From the human T2T-CHM13v2.0 reference genome, Homo sapiens: a stretch of DNA of 64,000 nt. Location: the NCBI RefSeq assembly GCF_009914755.1, contig NC_060928.1; one strand, 5' to 3'. The notes beneath the pieces are model-generated. The model did no database searches and was not told where the DNA came from. It worked only from the letters and a program-made list of their open reading frames with translations. Numbering within the stretch: position 1 is the first letter of the stretch; every line of letters begins with the position of its first letter. The position numbers were made by a program, and so were the translations under genes. Shown here one piece after another: positions 48,200 to 63,010 of this stretch.

Positions 48200-48800
48200 G
48201 CACCTTCCTTGCATTTCATCAATGTTGTATTTCTCTTGAAATTCAAAGTGATGTGTAACGATCCAAGACATTTGTGCAATCATCCATATTATTCTGATGG
48301 TGTCATACCCTTGCTCATAAACTACCAATGGCTTACATATGACATCGTTATAACACCCAGACACTTTCGCATTCCCTTTAGGCCGTCTAATCTCTTAGCA
48401 ACTCCCCCACCCTGTTTTCACATTACAGTGAATGTTTTGCCATACTTAGAACAGTCTAAGCTCTTCCAGAAATTGTCCTCCTTAGGAATATTTCACCTTC
48501 TTCTCCTATTGCCTAGAGCGCATTCCCTACAACTTCTACATCTCTTTCCATCGGTTATCTACATCTTTGCTCAAATATATTCTTCTCAGAGACTCTTTCT
48601 CTTATCCTGCTGTCTAGAACATAACCCGGAACATTGCCCAGTCACAAACTGACAATTACTCATTTTATTTTTTTCACAACATATCTCCACAAAGACTATT
48701 ATGACATTAACATATTATAAAATATGTATTTATATACCAGCTATTTTATGTTTTCACCTCTTATTAAAATGCATATTTGATAAGAATAGGACAATTCTTT
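48200..48800 (+). mobile_element. L2 3' fragment
   Basis: CT-rich; ttcaccttcttctcctattgcctagagcgcattcc...tgctcaaatatattcttctcagagac. Confidence 0.55.
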
Positions 48801-48989
48801 ACTGAGAAAATAGAAACAGTTTATCATCAAATCTACCAAATGTCTCTTTCTCCAATGCTTTGACAAAAATTTTCATTCCCACCTGTCTATAGTGATCAAA
48901 TGTGCTCTTATTTTACTTTATGTTATTTAGAGATAGAATCAAAACTGGGATATAATAATATTTCATTATTTAAAACATATTTCCTAGAT

Positions 48990-51900
48990 CTCCCTTCCAA
49001 AATAACAATGTGAGGAGCTTAATGGACCCCAGCAACACAACAATAATTGGTTAAAAAAAAGGTTAAAAACACAAGATAAAATAAAATCTCTAGAAATTTC
49101 CTTAAGGATATAAAGCAAGTGAAGAAACATTTATTCAAAATAATCTGTTAAATCTTACTTAGGTCAGCAAGAGTCTATAAAACTTCAGCCATGAATCTCT
49201 GTCTCCAAAAACAAATTTTTCTTTTTCACCCTAGCTCCTAGTCAAGGAAGATGTATCACCACAGCAGAGGCAGGCTACTAGCTTTTCTTACCCAATACCA
49301 CCTTATTGTTACACAGGCTAAATTTTAGATGAATGTAGCAGTGATGTCAAAGTTTTCTTCTTTTACCCAGTTGATGACTATTAAGACAAATTCTCTACCC
49401 TAAATATCACAGGCTAAGAAGTGAAATAAACATAGTTAAATAAGAAGATTAATATAACAGATACTTTTTCCTTCTTTTATGTCTTTAAATTATAAAAATT
49501 TATATAAAATAGTAATTGTAACACTATATTGTTAGATTTGTTATTATACATATATATGAGTAGTTTGTATATCAATAGTAGCATAAAAATAACTATATAG
49601 GAACAACATTTCTTCATTTCACTAGAATTTGGTATCTTATTTTTTTAGGGCTGCCAAAACAAAATACCACAGATTGAGTGTCTTAAGCAATATACATTTA
49701 TTTTGTCACACTTCTAGAGGCAGGGAGCCCAAGATCAATGTGCCAGCAAAGCTGGTTTATCCTGACATGTCTCTTCTTGGCTTACAGAGGTCTTCATACT
49801 CATTGTGTTCTCATATGACCTTTTTTCTGTGTGTGTGCATCTCTGATGTTTCCTGTTTTCTTGTAAGGATTCCAGACATATTGGGTTAGAGCCTTACCTT
49901 TGTGACCTCGTTAAATATAATTACCTCTTTAAAGGCCCTGTTTCCAAATATATTCTCACTGGGGACTTGGACTTCAATATATGAATACTGGGGAGATGCA
50001 ATTCAGCCCATAACAGTATAAGTCAGAAATTAATTCTAAAAAGTTATGAGGTACATAGTAAGCCATGGAACAATGGCTAAAAAAAAAAAAAACGCAAAAT
50101 ACAGTGAAAAAATTATTTAAAAACATTTATCTAATACAAAAAAAGTAAAAGAGGACAACAAACAAACAAAAACAAAAAAGAGACATATTGAAAACAAAAA
50201 GTGGAAGACATAAACCATATATCAAATATAACATTAAATGTAAATGGATTAACATTTCCGAAAAAGTCAAAGATTGTTAGAATGGATTAAAAACAGAATC
50301 CTGCTACATGCTGTCTAGAAGAGAAACTATTTAGATTCAAACAAACAAATTGGTTTAAAGTAAAATGATAGAGAAAGATGTATCATGTAAAAAAACATAA
50401 GAAAGCTGAAGTGGTTACACTAACATTTCACAAAAACAATTGACACAAAATTATTACAGAGATAAAAAAGGATATTTATAAATTGTAAACATGTTATCCA
50501 TGATGAAGATATAAAAATGTCAAACCCTCAACCAACGGAGTTCTCAAATATCTCAAACAAATATATGAACCATATGAAACTGACAGAAATGAAGAGAGGA
50601 ACAGAGCCTTCAACAATAGTAGTTGGAAACTTCAATAATCTAATTTTAATAATGTGCAGAACTAGGCAAAATATCAAAGTAAGAAGACATAAACAGCACT
50701 ATAAACCAACTGAAACTAACAGACATTTATAGCATCCTTTGCCCAAAAACAGTATATTACACTTTTTTTTTCAAGCTCATATGGAACTTACTTCAGATTA
50801 GACCATGTGGTATAATTCAGTGAGCTTCAATAAATTGAAATGAAGTGAAATTATACAATACATGTTCCCTTGCCATAAGGAAATGAAACAAGAAATTAAT
50901 AATAGAAAGATTATTAGGAAATTCATAAACATGTAAAAAGGTTTCACTCTGCTTAATGGATCAAAGAAGAAAATAAAAGGTGAATTAGAATATGCAATAA
51001 GATGAATGAAAATAAAAACACAATATGCTAACATTTATGGAATTCAACTTTAGCAGTGTTTAGAAGATATTTATACATTTGAATTCCTATATTAAACAGG
51101 ACAAAAGATCTTAGGTCAATAACCTCAATTCTACATTAACATATTTCAGAATGAGTTGAAACATTTGTGAATACAATATATCCTAAAGGAATTATATAAA
51201 TATAGAATTAGAAAAACACTTAAAATTCAAAAATAAATAGACAAATGACCCAAATAGAAATTGGGCAAAGAATCTGAATTAACATTTCTTCAAAAAGAAT
51301 ATACAAGTGACTAAGCATATGAAAACATGCTTATTATTTTTAGTCATTATTTAGGAAACATAAATTATGGTCACAGTGAGTTCCCGCTTTACACTCACTG
51401 TGATAAAAGAAAAGAAAAAACATATTCACAAGTGTTGGTGAGACTGTGGAGAGACTGAAAGCCTCATAGGCTGCTGTACAATAAGTGGTAAATCACCCTT
51501 GGAAAACAATCAAGCACTTCCTCCGAAGGTTAAAAATATATAATAGTTATCATATGACCCAGTAATTCCCCTCCTCCTAAGCATATGCTTAAGAATAATG
51601 AAGACAAATATCTACACAATAACTTGTACACAGATGTTTGTGGCAAGATTGTTCATAATTAACCCCCAAATGGAAACTACTAAAACACTATCAAATGATG
51701 AATTGATAATGTGCAGCATATCCATCCAATGGAATATTATTCAGCAATAAAAAGAAAGAAGTACTGATACATGCTACAATATAGATGAACCTTGGAAACA
51801 TTATGCCAAGTGACAGAAGCAAGTGGCAAAACACCATGTATGGCTTAATTCCGATTTTATGAAAGGTCCAAAATAAGCAAATCCATAGAGATAAAAATAT

Positions 51901-52125
51901 AGATTAGCGATTGCCCAGGCAGGGGTTGGCAGTAAGTGGGGAGTGATGCCAATGGATGCATATTTTATTTTTGCATTGATGAAAGAGTTCACTGTGTTGA
52001 TAGCTGCAAAATTCACTGTGCTGATGTTGCACAATTTTGTGTAAAACCATTAAATTGTAAACTTTAAATAGCTGAATTGTATGGTATATGAATTACAACT
52101 CAACGCAGTTGTCATATATTTTAAA
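48990..52125 (+). mobile_element. Old L1M/L1MB with internal deletions (5' piece, ORF2 endonuclease, 3' end), interrupted by MLT1
   Basis: EN motifs ataacattaaatgtaaatggattaa (ITLNVNGL), tgctgtctagaagag (CCL.E), atagtagttggaaacttcaat (IVVG.FN); L1MB 3' end aattgtatggtatatgaattacaactcaa. Confidence 0.8.
49633..50015 (-). mobile_element. MLT1A/B-type MaLR LTR
   Basis: tagggctgccaaaacaaaataccacagattgagtgtcttaa...ggacttcaatatatgaat...caattcagcccataaca. Confidence 0.85.
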
Positions 52126-54249
52126 ACATACTTACTAGCAGAAAGAAAGAAGCACATCTGAAATATAAATAAAAAATCTTACTTATTTTGCTACGAAACA
52201 CTTACTGGTGATTCTTAACAATAAAGCTAAAAGCACATGTACTGTCAGGGTAATTCTCGCTCTTATTATCATGGACGCCTGGTTATTTGAAGTCTGGTTA
52301 TGTTTTATTTTTGTGCCTGAAGACTCCACGCAAGAATATGGAAATCTAGTTCTTTCTATTTCCAGATCTAGTTCTTTCAAAATATACCATTTTTCCTTAA
52401 AACAATTTAGGTTAGCAAAGGCACACAAATTAGATGAGTACAATATGCTTTAACCATATGTTCATCTTTTGCAACTTTGATTTCTGTTTGGATTTTATAG
52501 ATTTTCTGGCTATTTTGAGCTTTCCTTCCATATTATTTGAATGTTCTAAGGGATTTGTAAGTGAATTCCTAATTTTTTTTTAGTATGTAGTTCTGAAGAA
52601 GCTAATTAAACATCTGTGAACATTACTTAAGCTATACAAATTATACTAGAAAACTGTATAAACTCTCTTAGAATTAGCATCACAGTGGAATCAATGGTTA
52701 GAACAAAAATATGAGTAGGAATACAAATAAGCAAATTCAGAAATCTAGAAATGTAGTAACTATATTATTTTGTTTGAAAATATACCTCTATATCTATGCA
52801 TGTAAGACTGTCAAAATGAATTGAAAGATTTATATCTAATGAAACTTACAAAAATAGAAACAAGCAGAAGTTTGGTTCTAAGAATCATCTGCAGTATTAA
52901 TTTGCAGGCCATCTATTTGCATGGTAATGTGGAACTATAAAATAAATGAAAGCTGAAAATGTAGAAAACTATCTTAATAATCAATGGAAAAATTATGTTA
53001 TATAATCAACAATTTTTTGTCACAATATCAAAATCTCTTTTAACATCTGTTAAAGCTGTAAAGAGAAATGAAAAAATAGAAAAAGTGGCAAGAATATTTA
53101 GTACATTCTTGTTTAAAACATTAAAGTGTTTCAGTTATTTGCAGAAAACTTATCAGGAATAGTTTGAACAGTGTTTGCCTTATTTTTATATTACTTTTTA
53201 ACGAGGAATATCCATCTTTTCTGTGTGTAAATTATTTTACTCTTTTCTAAGCTTATACGGGTCACTCACATTTAATCTTTTGCACTTTCAATATGGTGAA
53301 ATATCTCTGAGAGTCTTTTTAATCTGAAGTGTTTGTTGGTATCACATCCTCTAAGACATCATCTTTTTTGTTACAATCTCCTTCTTCATTTATATTGGTA
53401 AGTTCACTTTCACTATGTTTCCCTATAGGCTAAGGAAAGACAGCAGTATCAACATTCCAGCCTGTTACTCTTTTCTGTGACTCCATTTACATTTTGACTC
53501 TAAAATTTCTCTTCCAGTACTATCATTTTTTTTTCATTTCTTTGCTGCACTTTCATCTTTGCTTTTCAATTACTACTGAAATTATGCATTTTGTAAAATG
53601 ACAAATTTGTATTTACATTATGAGGCAAAATATCAGCAAAACTACATGCTTTTCTGTCTGTGAATAGACTGAATGACAGCTGCAAAGGGAGCAATCTTTT
53701 CAGACTGTAGAAGTGATATGATTTGTCACTGACCATGATGCACACCTCTCCTTTATGTAACTGGCGACTCATTTTTAGATGGAAACAGCAAAGCTTTTAC
53801 TTTATCTGATTACTGACAGAGTAACGTACCACGGTAAATAAAATACGAACCATGTTATTGGAGGACTGCTGTTATTTAACTAGACCATGGTAACTAAAAG
53901 TTGTGCATACCAGAATGTTGTAAAGTGGGAATTGCTTGTATCTACATAAACCACTTGTAAGCTTTGGGAGGGTTTTAGGAAAATAATTTATGTAAGTGTA
54001 AGCATAGTTCCACATTACTGTTTTTTGGTATTTGTTGGTGATTTCATTCTCAGACAAAATAGAAACCAAGGAATAAATCCTACTGCTCTCTGGAGAATTC
54101 TAGTATACAAGATTGCAAAGTTAGTTTATTCAACATAATTGAATTGACTGCTATGATTTTCTCATAAAATAGAAAATATATAAAGAAAAATATTTTATGA
54201 ATATTATTTAAAACTATTAAATAATTCACTGTTGACATATTATAATGAA

Positions 54250-54470
54250 TGCTTAATATAATTAGTATAATTTATCACACCATAACACGAAGTGGCATAA
54301 ATTATGTTAAGTGCTTTATGAAAATCATCGTACTTAATCATCACAAGTCCTCTAAAAGGAGGTATTATGTTTTCAATTATAAAGTTAAGGCAAAGGCAGT
54401 TTAAAGTAATTTTACACTTTTACAACTAAAAATGTGAGATTCAATATATGTTCCAACTCAAAATGCATCT
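54250..54470 (-). mobile_element. MIR
   Basis: aagtgctttatg...ttaatcatcacaag...ggaggtattatgttttcaatt. Confidence 0.55.
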
Positions 54471-54667
54471 ATGCTATGCAACAACATTGATACAAACATT
54501 GAATTAAAGTGAACTTAGATTTAAATGTGGCTATATATCCATATTTACATTTTTATATTTGTTTTATTTCCTGTATCTGCTAATTAATCTATTTACTTAC
54601 CAATATCTCTCTCTCATTTTCTTTCTCTCTCTCTCTGTTTTTGTTTGTCTTTGTTTAATGCGATCTA

Positions 54668-54833
54668 GATTTTTGCTACTCAAGTGTGAATTGCAAACTA
54701 AAGGCATGAGTTTCACTTGAGAATGTATTAAAAATGCAGTATATTAGATTGTATCCACAACTTACTGAATCAAAACCAAATTTTAACAAGATAACTGGCT
54801 TATTTATATGCTCAATCAGATTGGGAAGCAGAG
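54668..54833. mobile_element. MER5A/B hAT-Charlie DNA transposon
   Basis: tgctactcaagtgtg...aaatgcag...cttactgaatcaaaacc..attttaacaagat; flanked by (a/g)tctagat, a typical Charlie target. Confidence 0.7.
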
Positions 54834-55029
54834 GTCTAGATTTCCAACTGCAACTGAATAATTATTTTGTTATAATCATTTTAAAATAATTTTTAGTAGC
54901 AATTGTCTACCTGAAAATAACTTAATAAGTAGAAAATTAGCAAAAATTTTAAACTTGCAAGAAACCTTATGAGCCTATGCTCTCTTCTCACCTAAAAGGT
55001 AACCACTATGTTGAAATGTTCCTACACGA

Positions 55030-56896
55030 AGATGTAGGAAGATGGAACTTCCTAAAGACTTGTTGAATTGTTGTGACCAAAATGCTGATAATGTTATGGA
55101 CAATGAAGTCCAGGCTGAGGTGGTCACAGATGGAAATGAGAAACTTACTGGGAACTGAAGTAAAGGTCACTCTTTCTATGCTTTAGCAAACAGTCTGGCA
55201 GCATTTTGCCCTTGTCCTAGAGATCTGTGGAACTTTGAACTTGAGAGAGATAATTTAGGGTATCTGGTGGAAGAAATTTCTAATCAGCAAAACATTTGAG
55301 ATGTGACCTGGTTTTTCTAAAAGTGTATACTCATAAGTGTGAAGAACTAGATGGTCTGAAATCGGAACTTATAAAGGAAGGCAGAACATGAAAGTATGGA
55401 AAATTTGCAGCCTGACCATGTGGTAGGAAATACAAACTCATTTTCCGGGAAGAAATTCAAACTGGCTGCAGAAATTTGCATAAGTAACAAGGAGCCAAAT
55501 GTTAATTGCCAAGACAATGGGGAAAATGTCTCCAGGACATTTCCCAGATCTTCATGGTAGCCCCTCCTATCACAGGCCTAGAGTCCTAGAAGGGAAAAGT
55601 GGTTTGTGGGCCAGGTCCAGAGCTTCACTGCTGTCTGCAGCCTCAAGACATGCTGCCCTGTATCGCAGCTACTCTAGCTCCAGCCATTACTAAAAGGCAC
55701 CAATTTATAGCTCAGGCCATGGCTTCAGAAGATGCAAGTCCCAAGCTTTGACAGCTTCCACGTGGTGTTGGGCCTGCGGTTGTGCATACAGCAAGAGTAT
55801 GGGAGTCTGCCTAGACTTCAAAAGATATATGGAAATGCCTTGATATCCATGCATAAGTCTGCTGTAAGAGCGGACCATTCATGAAGAACATCTACTAGGG
55901 CAGCGCAGAAGGAAAATGTGAGGGTGGAGCCCTGACACAGAGTCCACACTGGGACATTGCCTGGTGCAGATGTGAAAAGAGGGCCACTGACCTCCAGACT
56001 GCAGAATGGTAGATCTACTGGTAACTGTTACTCTGCACCTGGAAAAGCCTCAGGCACTCAACACCAGTATGTAAAAGCAGCCACAGGGGCTGTACCATGC
56101 AGAGTCACAGGGCTGAAGCCTCCCGAGGCCCTGGGAGCCGGCCCCTTGCATCAGCATGCCCTGGATGCATGGAGTCAAAGGACATTATTTTGGAGCTTTA
56201 TTATTGAGTGACAATCCTTCTGGGTTTCTGACTTGCATGCGGCCTGTGGCTCCTTTGTTTTGGCCAATTTCTCCCTTTTTGAATAGGGGCATTTTCCCAA
56301 TGCCTGTACCCCCATTGTATTTTGGAAGTAACTAACTTCTCTTTTTTTTTTTTTTTACATGCTCAAAGGTGGAAGAGACTTGCCTTGTGTATTAGGCTGT
56401 TTTCATGCTGCTATAAAGATATACCTGAAACTGGGTAATTTATAAAGAAAAGCGGCTTAATTGACTGACAGTCTACATGCCTGGGGAGGCCTTAGAAAAT
56501 TTACAATCATGGCGGAGGGGGAAGCAGGTACTTTTTTCACAATGCAGCAGGAGACAGAGAGAGTGCAGGGGAAACCACTACTTATAAAACCATCAGATCT
56601 TGTGAGAGCTCACTCACTATCACCAGAACGGCATGGGAAAAACTACCCCCCTGATCCAATCACCTCCCACCAAGTGCCTACCCTGACCCATGGGAATTAC
56701 AATTCGGATTACAATTCAAAAATGAGATTCAGGTGGGGACAGAGCCAAATTATATCACCTTGTGTCTGCTGAGACTTTGGACTTGGACTTTTGAGTTAAT
56801 ACTGGAATGAGTTAAGACATTGAGGGACTGTTGGATAGGCATGATTTGTTTTGAAATGTGAGAAGGACATGAGATTTGGGAGGGGCTGGGGCAGAA
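55030..56896 (+). mobile_element. THE1/MST internal sequence, 5' LTR missing
   Basis: tggaacttcctaaagacttgttgaat...gacaatgaagtccaggctgagg; purine tract gggaggggctggggcagaa before the 3' LTR. Confidence 0.92.
56388..56757 (-). mobile_element. THE1D/MSTA-type solo LTR nested antisense in the MaLR internal region
   Basis: tgtattaggctgttttcatgctgctataaag...gacagagccaaattatatca; perfect 5-bp TSD ccttg (56383-56387 / 56758-56762). Confidence 0.92.
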
Positions 56897-57177
56897 TGAT
56901 ATCTTTTGGCTCTGTGTCCCCACCCAAATCAGGGGAGGTCTCACAAGATCTGATCATTTAAAAGTGTGTGGCACCTCCCCCATCCCACTCATGCTCTACC
57001 ATGGTTAAAACATGCTTGCTTCCTCTTTGCCTTCTGCCATGATTGTAAGTTTCCTGAGGCCTCCCAGTCATGCATTCTGAACAGCCTGTGGAGCTGTGAG
57101 TCAATTAAACCTTGTTTCTTCATAAAATACCCAGTCTCACATAGTTCTTTATAGCAGTGTGAGAATGAACTAACACA
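56897..57177 (+). mobile_element. THE1D/MSTA-type 3' LTR with an internal deletion
   Basis: tgatatcttttggctctgtgtccccacccaaatc...gtgagaatgaactaacaca; ~280 bp versus ~370 bp for the nested LTR. Confidence 0.9.
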
Positions 57178-57770
57178 CCATATTATCCAGAAATTCTACT
57201 ACTACGTATATAATCAAAAGAATTGAAAACAGGGATGCAAACAGGTACTTGTATGGCAACATTCTTTGCAACATTATCCATGGTAGTCAACAGGTAAAAA
57301 CAAAACAAAACAAAACAAAAAAAACCCAACCATCTATCATCATATTAATGACTAATCAAAATGTGATTTTTATATGAAAGGGAATATTCTCAATCTTAAA
57401 AACTGATGGTGTTCTGATAAATTCTACATATGGATAAACCTTGAAAACTTTAAGCAAAGTAAAATAAGCCAGACCCAAAAGAACTTATATTGCATGATTC
57501 CACTTATGAATAATATATAGAATAGGCAAATTCATAGGGGGCGAAATAGGGTAGGTTAGAGATTACCAGAGTCTGAAGGGAGGGGGGATGGGAAATTAAT
57601 ATTTAATTTTTATAAAGTTTCTGTTTGCAGTGATGAAAATGTTTTAGGAATAGAGTTGATGATTTCACAAAGTTGTGAAAGTAATTCATGCTACCGAAGT
57701 GTATACTTAAAAGCGGTTAAAATGACAAAATTTATGTTATATATATTTTACTACATTAAAAATCAATAAA
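57178..57770 (+). mobile_element. L1MB 3' end
   Basis: aaaagaattgaaaacagggatgcaaacag...ggataaaccttgaaaac...tttatgttatatatattttactac. Confidence 0.85.
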
Positions 57771-57814
57771 AGTCTGCAAAATTACATTTTCAGATGAACA
57801 AAATAATATGATGT

Positions 57815-58143
57815 GAGATCACACATCATGTGGCCTCTGAAAAACTTCGCTGTATACTCACGAGAGAATAAGAGTTAAAAAGGAAGATAGTATCTTAGTT
57901 CTATGATTCTCAACAGGGATTATTTGGAAGTCTAGAGACATTTTTGATTATCACACCTCAGGTCGGGGTACAGGAGAGATGGCTGCTGGAATCTTGTGAG
58001 TACAGATCAGGGATGCTGCCAAAATACATAAGAATTATGCAAAAAGAATTATAATGCCCCAAAGGTCAAGACTGCCTGGTAGATCCCCTAAAAAGTAATC
58101 AGCGTCCTACAGAGATCTCTTAACCTCATTTTTGAAAACTACT
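57815..58143. mobile_element. hAT-Charlie element (MER119-like) with a nested MER20 (~57905-58077)
   Basis: catcatgtggcctctgaaaaacttcgctgtatactcacgagagaat; MER20-like ttctcaacaggg...gagacatttttgattatcac...cagggatgctgccaaa. Confidence 0.55.
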
Positions 58144-59217
58144 ACTCAAATTAAAGTTCAGTATGGTTTAAAGTTTAATAATTTATGATCCAAGGACCTG
58201 AAATATTTTTCTTCAATAGAATCTGTAAATCATCAGAGAACCAGTATTTTTTAGAGGGACACAAAGAGCATGTTTACAATTTATCAGTGTACAATAATAT
58301 ATGTATTCACTTTCTAATTAATAGTGTGATAGTAAAAGTTCTTAAATTCAATCTTAAAATTGAAAATAATGTCATATACTTATCACATAATGAGAATAAA
58401 CAACAACCTCTATGATTACATCACATTTGATATATAATTAACCCCAGACACCTAACTCACATAGATCACCAAGAGAAAAAGCAAAATTTTGGATGGTCCA
58501 CTTCAATTCATCTTTTATATTCCGCAAAGCAAAGGCCCTCTTCAGGCTAAGGTACTACACATAAAGTGTACAGATAGGTACCTGTCTTATATCTCCTGTG
58601 AAGTAAAAATTAGACTAGTTGATCTAGTAGCTTTGTTTAAGACCATGCTGTTTAGTTTAGGATACACACAAAAAAATACTCTGTTTTCCTGCTTCTCACT
58701 AAGCAAAGCTCAGCTTGATTCTCTGCAGAGTTTCACTTTTGTGTCACAACAGCAAATTCAAAAATGGCTTCCACAAAGCAAATAAGCACTGAGTCAGGGA
58801 ACTTGGAAAGAGGCTTAGAGAGAATGCCAGCTCCTCAGGAGGGAGAGTACATCACCAGTTGTATGTGAGCTCTCCAGATGTGGAGTGGATATTGCCAATC
58901 TGAAAGAAACTAGACAAATTAGAATACATGGAAAAAAGTTGCAAGTTATCTTTTGTTCTGGGAAGGTCTTCTGAATTCACTGTGACAGCAGGGTTCAGCT
59001 TTGCAGTTACTTGTCTTCTATTCTTCAGACATATCTAGATGATAGCAATCATTTCTCAGTATCCCCTGAAACCCATGCTTAGTTAGTTGTATCATCATAT
59101 TCAAGGATGCCATGACAAGGGCTGAAACTTTCTTTTTACCTTGATATAAATTTCTGATTTTATATCATGATATTGGTTATAAAGAGTTTCTTTGGTATTT
59201 GGATTTGATTCCCTTGA

Positions 59218-59352
59218 ATTCATTGCAAATCAGACACTTTTAATACTGAATACCTATAGGTATACCTGGAATACCTTTGAGTATTCAGTATTAATTTCCT
59301 ATAGGTATGCCTATAGGAATTCAGTATTAAAAGTGTCTGATTTACGATGAAT
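59218..59352. repeat. Compact inverted repeat/hairpin, 50-bp arms
   Basis: Arms 59218-59267 and 59303-59352 with 4 mismatches, including a perfect 25-bp aaatcagacacttttaatactgaat. Confidence 0.95.
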
Positions 59353-59498
59353 GGTTCCACAGTGAGCAGCTCCTATTGGCTAAACATGATGCTAACTATT
59401 TTTCAAATAATATTCAAGGAATCTTCACAGCTTCTCCCAAAATTAGTACTATTGTTACCTTTTTACATAGAGTGAAACAAATGCATAAACTCTGAGAG

Positions 59499-60561
<1,063 letters not shown>

Positions 60562-61330
60562 TTAGGAATAAGACAACAGTCTATTAGTGATGAAACCTAA
60601 GTTAGAGTCAGATTTCTTAAATTCCTATAAATGCATTCCCAGTAATTAATAAGTGATATTTTCTCTATATATCAATCCCATTATGTTAACATTATCTTTA
60701 AAGAAATATCTACTTTATTTGAAGTTATGTAAAGAATTTGTTCAGAACCACTGATACTAGACAGCCATAAACAACATCAATGAATACAATGATAAAGAGA
60801 TAAAATATTGAAATAAATTACTCAGCATTAGAAAAACCATTCAGCCAATATTCTAGGGACTCACAAAACAACACCACTAAATAAAGTAAGGTCTATATAT
60901 AGGTATCACTAATCACTAGCTAGAAGCAATCAATAATATATTCTTTACATTTGGAACAAAGAAAATCAGAAGTCATGTTCTGTGGAACACTGAAAACAGA
61001 AGGAAAGTGTAGATAATTGTCCTATAACTGCAAATTTGTGAGTTGTAGCACATATAATAGATGCGTAGTTATATAAATTCAGTTAACAAGCATTTATTAT
61101 GGAATCTAATAACTTGTTATTTTACAAATATTTTGCACTCAGTAGTAAGTTACTATATTTTTTGATATCTTCTTGTTTCTAGCTCCATTTCCTAAGAATC
61201 ACTGTTTTTCTTGTTTCTTATTTTCCTCTTTATTGGTAGAAGGGGATGGGCAAGTAGAATATACATTTAAAACAAAATTGAAGTCATGAACATACTAGGA
61301 TTCTCCTGATTTATCAACAATAATTATTCC

Positions 61331-61580
61331 TTTTAATTTTTATTATGGATATATAATAGTTGTACATATTTATGGGGGTAGGTACAGATGCTGCTTTGAT
61401 ACAAGTATACAATGTGTAATGATCAATAAGAGTAATTTGGAAGTCCATCATTTCAAGCATTTATTATTTCTTTGTGTTAGAAACATTCCCCTTCCACTGT
61501 TTTAGTTATTTTCAAATATACTATAAATTGTTGTTAACTGTAGTCACCTTATTGTGCTATGAAACACTAGATCATTCTTT
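61331..61580 (-). mobile_element. L1MA 3' end
   Basis: gttgtacatatttatggggg...tacaatgtgtaatgatcaa...gtagtcaccttattgtgctat. Confidence 0.85.
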
Positions 61581-61935
61581 AATCAGGTTACAAACCGCCT
61601 TTCTTGTCTATGTGCCTTAAAACTATGATTACCCTCACCTCAAGCTTTTTGTTCTACTCTGTCAAACTTCTCTTAGTAGTAGAAAAATAATTTTTCCCCA
61701 AATGTTAATTTGTATAAATCTTTTTGAGTGTTTTTGAAAATTCAGTACATTTTCTTATATTACAGTGAAAACTTAAAACCCTCAAGCTGATGCTCCACTA
61801 TTATTAAAGTGTTTGTAAAATACGGTGAGTGTAAGTTATTACAAATAGCAGTATAAAATGTTAGAAATGCAACCTTTTGTCTTAAATATATTGGTCTACC
61901 TGGTATCGCAATAGTTGAAAGTTATTAAGCAGTAA

Positions 61936-62240
<305 letters not shown>

Positions 62241-62679
62241 TACAGGCGATTTTTAATAGTGCTTATCTAGCATCCTTATTTTGAAATTTTTATGCATTTT
62301 AAGATGATGAATATCATTTCATTTTATTAGGTGTGGAAAATAAGAAATCTAATACAATGAATATGTAGAAACAAACAAACAAACAATAATATCTTCAGCT
62401 ATGTTGCAGCAAAGAGTAAGCCTGCTGTCAAAAAATTGAGTTCAATTTTACACAAATTTGTAAAAGTATGGATTGCAAACTAAGACATTAATTTAAATTC
62501 AATGGAAAATTATTTTTTAAGTTAGTTACAGATTCAAAAAAAACCCACCACATCATGAGTAAGTCAATAGAGAAATGGAAAAATTATTTAATAGAGTTGC
62601 AATTAAATCAGTTCTTGGATTTGGTAGATACAGATATAAAATATCCACATGTATTTTATTAATAAAGAATAAAAATAAC

Positions 62680-63010
62680 TAGGGGATAAAAGAGCATAAA
62701 AAGAAGAAAGCATATTTCAAGAATACCATTAAGTACTTTTAGAAGTGTGAAATACAAAGTATTACTAATGTTAACTTAATAGATGTGTGTCATAGCATGT
62801 TAGGGAAAACGGAAGAATTGCTGAGCTGGAATGCATAAGTGATGAAGTTTTCTAGAATTTAACTCAGAAAGGTAAGAAGATGGAAAATGAGAAACAGAAG
62901 TTAAGAGAGATGGAGAATAGATTAAGAAGTACAATATTCAGCTTCTGATTTCCAAAACCACAAAAGAAAACTATTGAGCTAGATAAATTTTTTGAGGTGA
63001 CAGCTTATGT
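62680..63010 (+). mobile_element. L1ME/HAL1 ORF1-like remnant
   Basis: gatggaaaatgagaaacagaagttaagagagatggagaatagattaagaag resembles the end of the ORF1 coiled coil. Confidence 0.45.

Noticed and set aside
48185-48652. 155-aa ORF, the longest in the window
   Set aside because: Non-ATG start, overlaps a decayed L2, no recognisable domain
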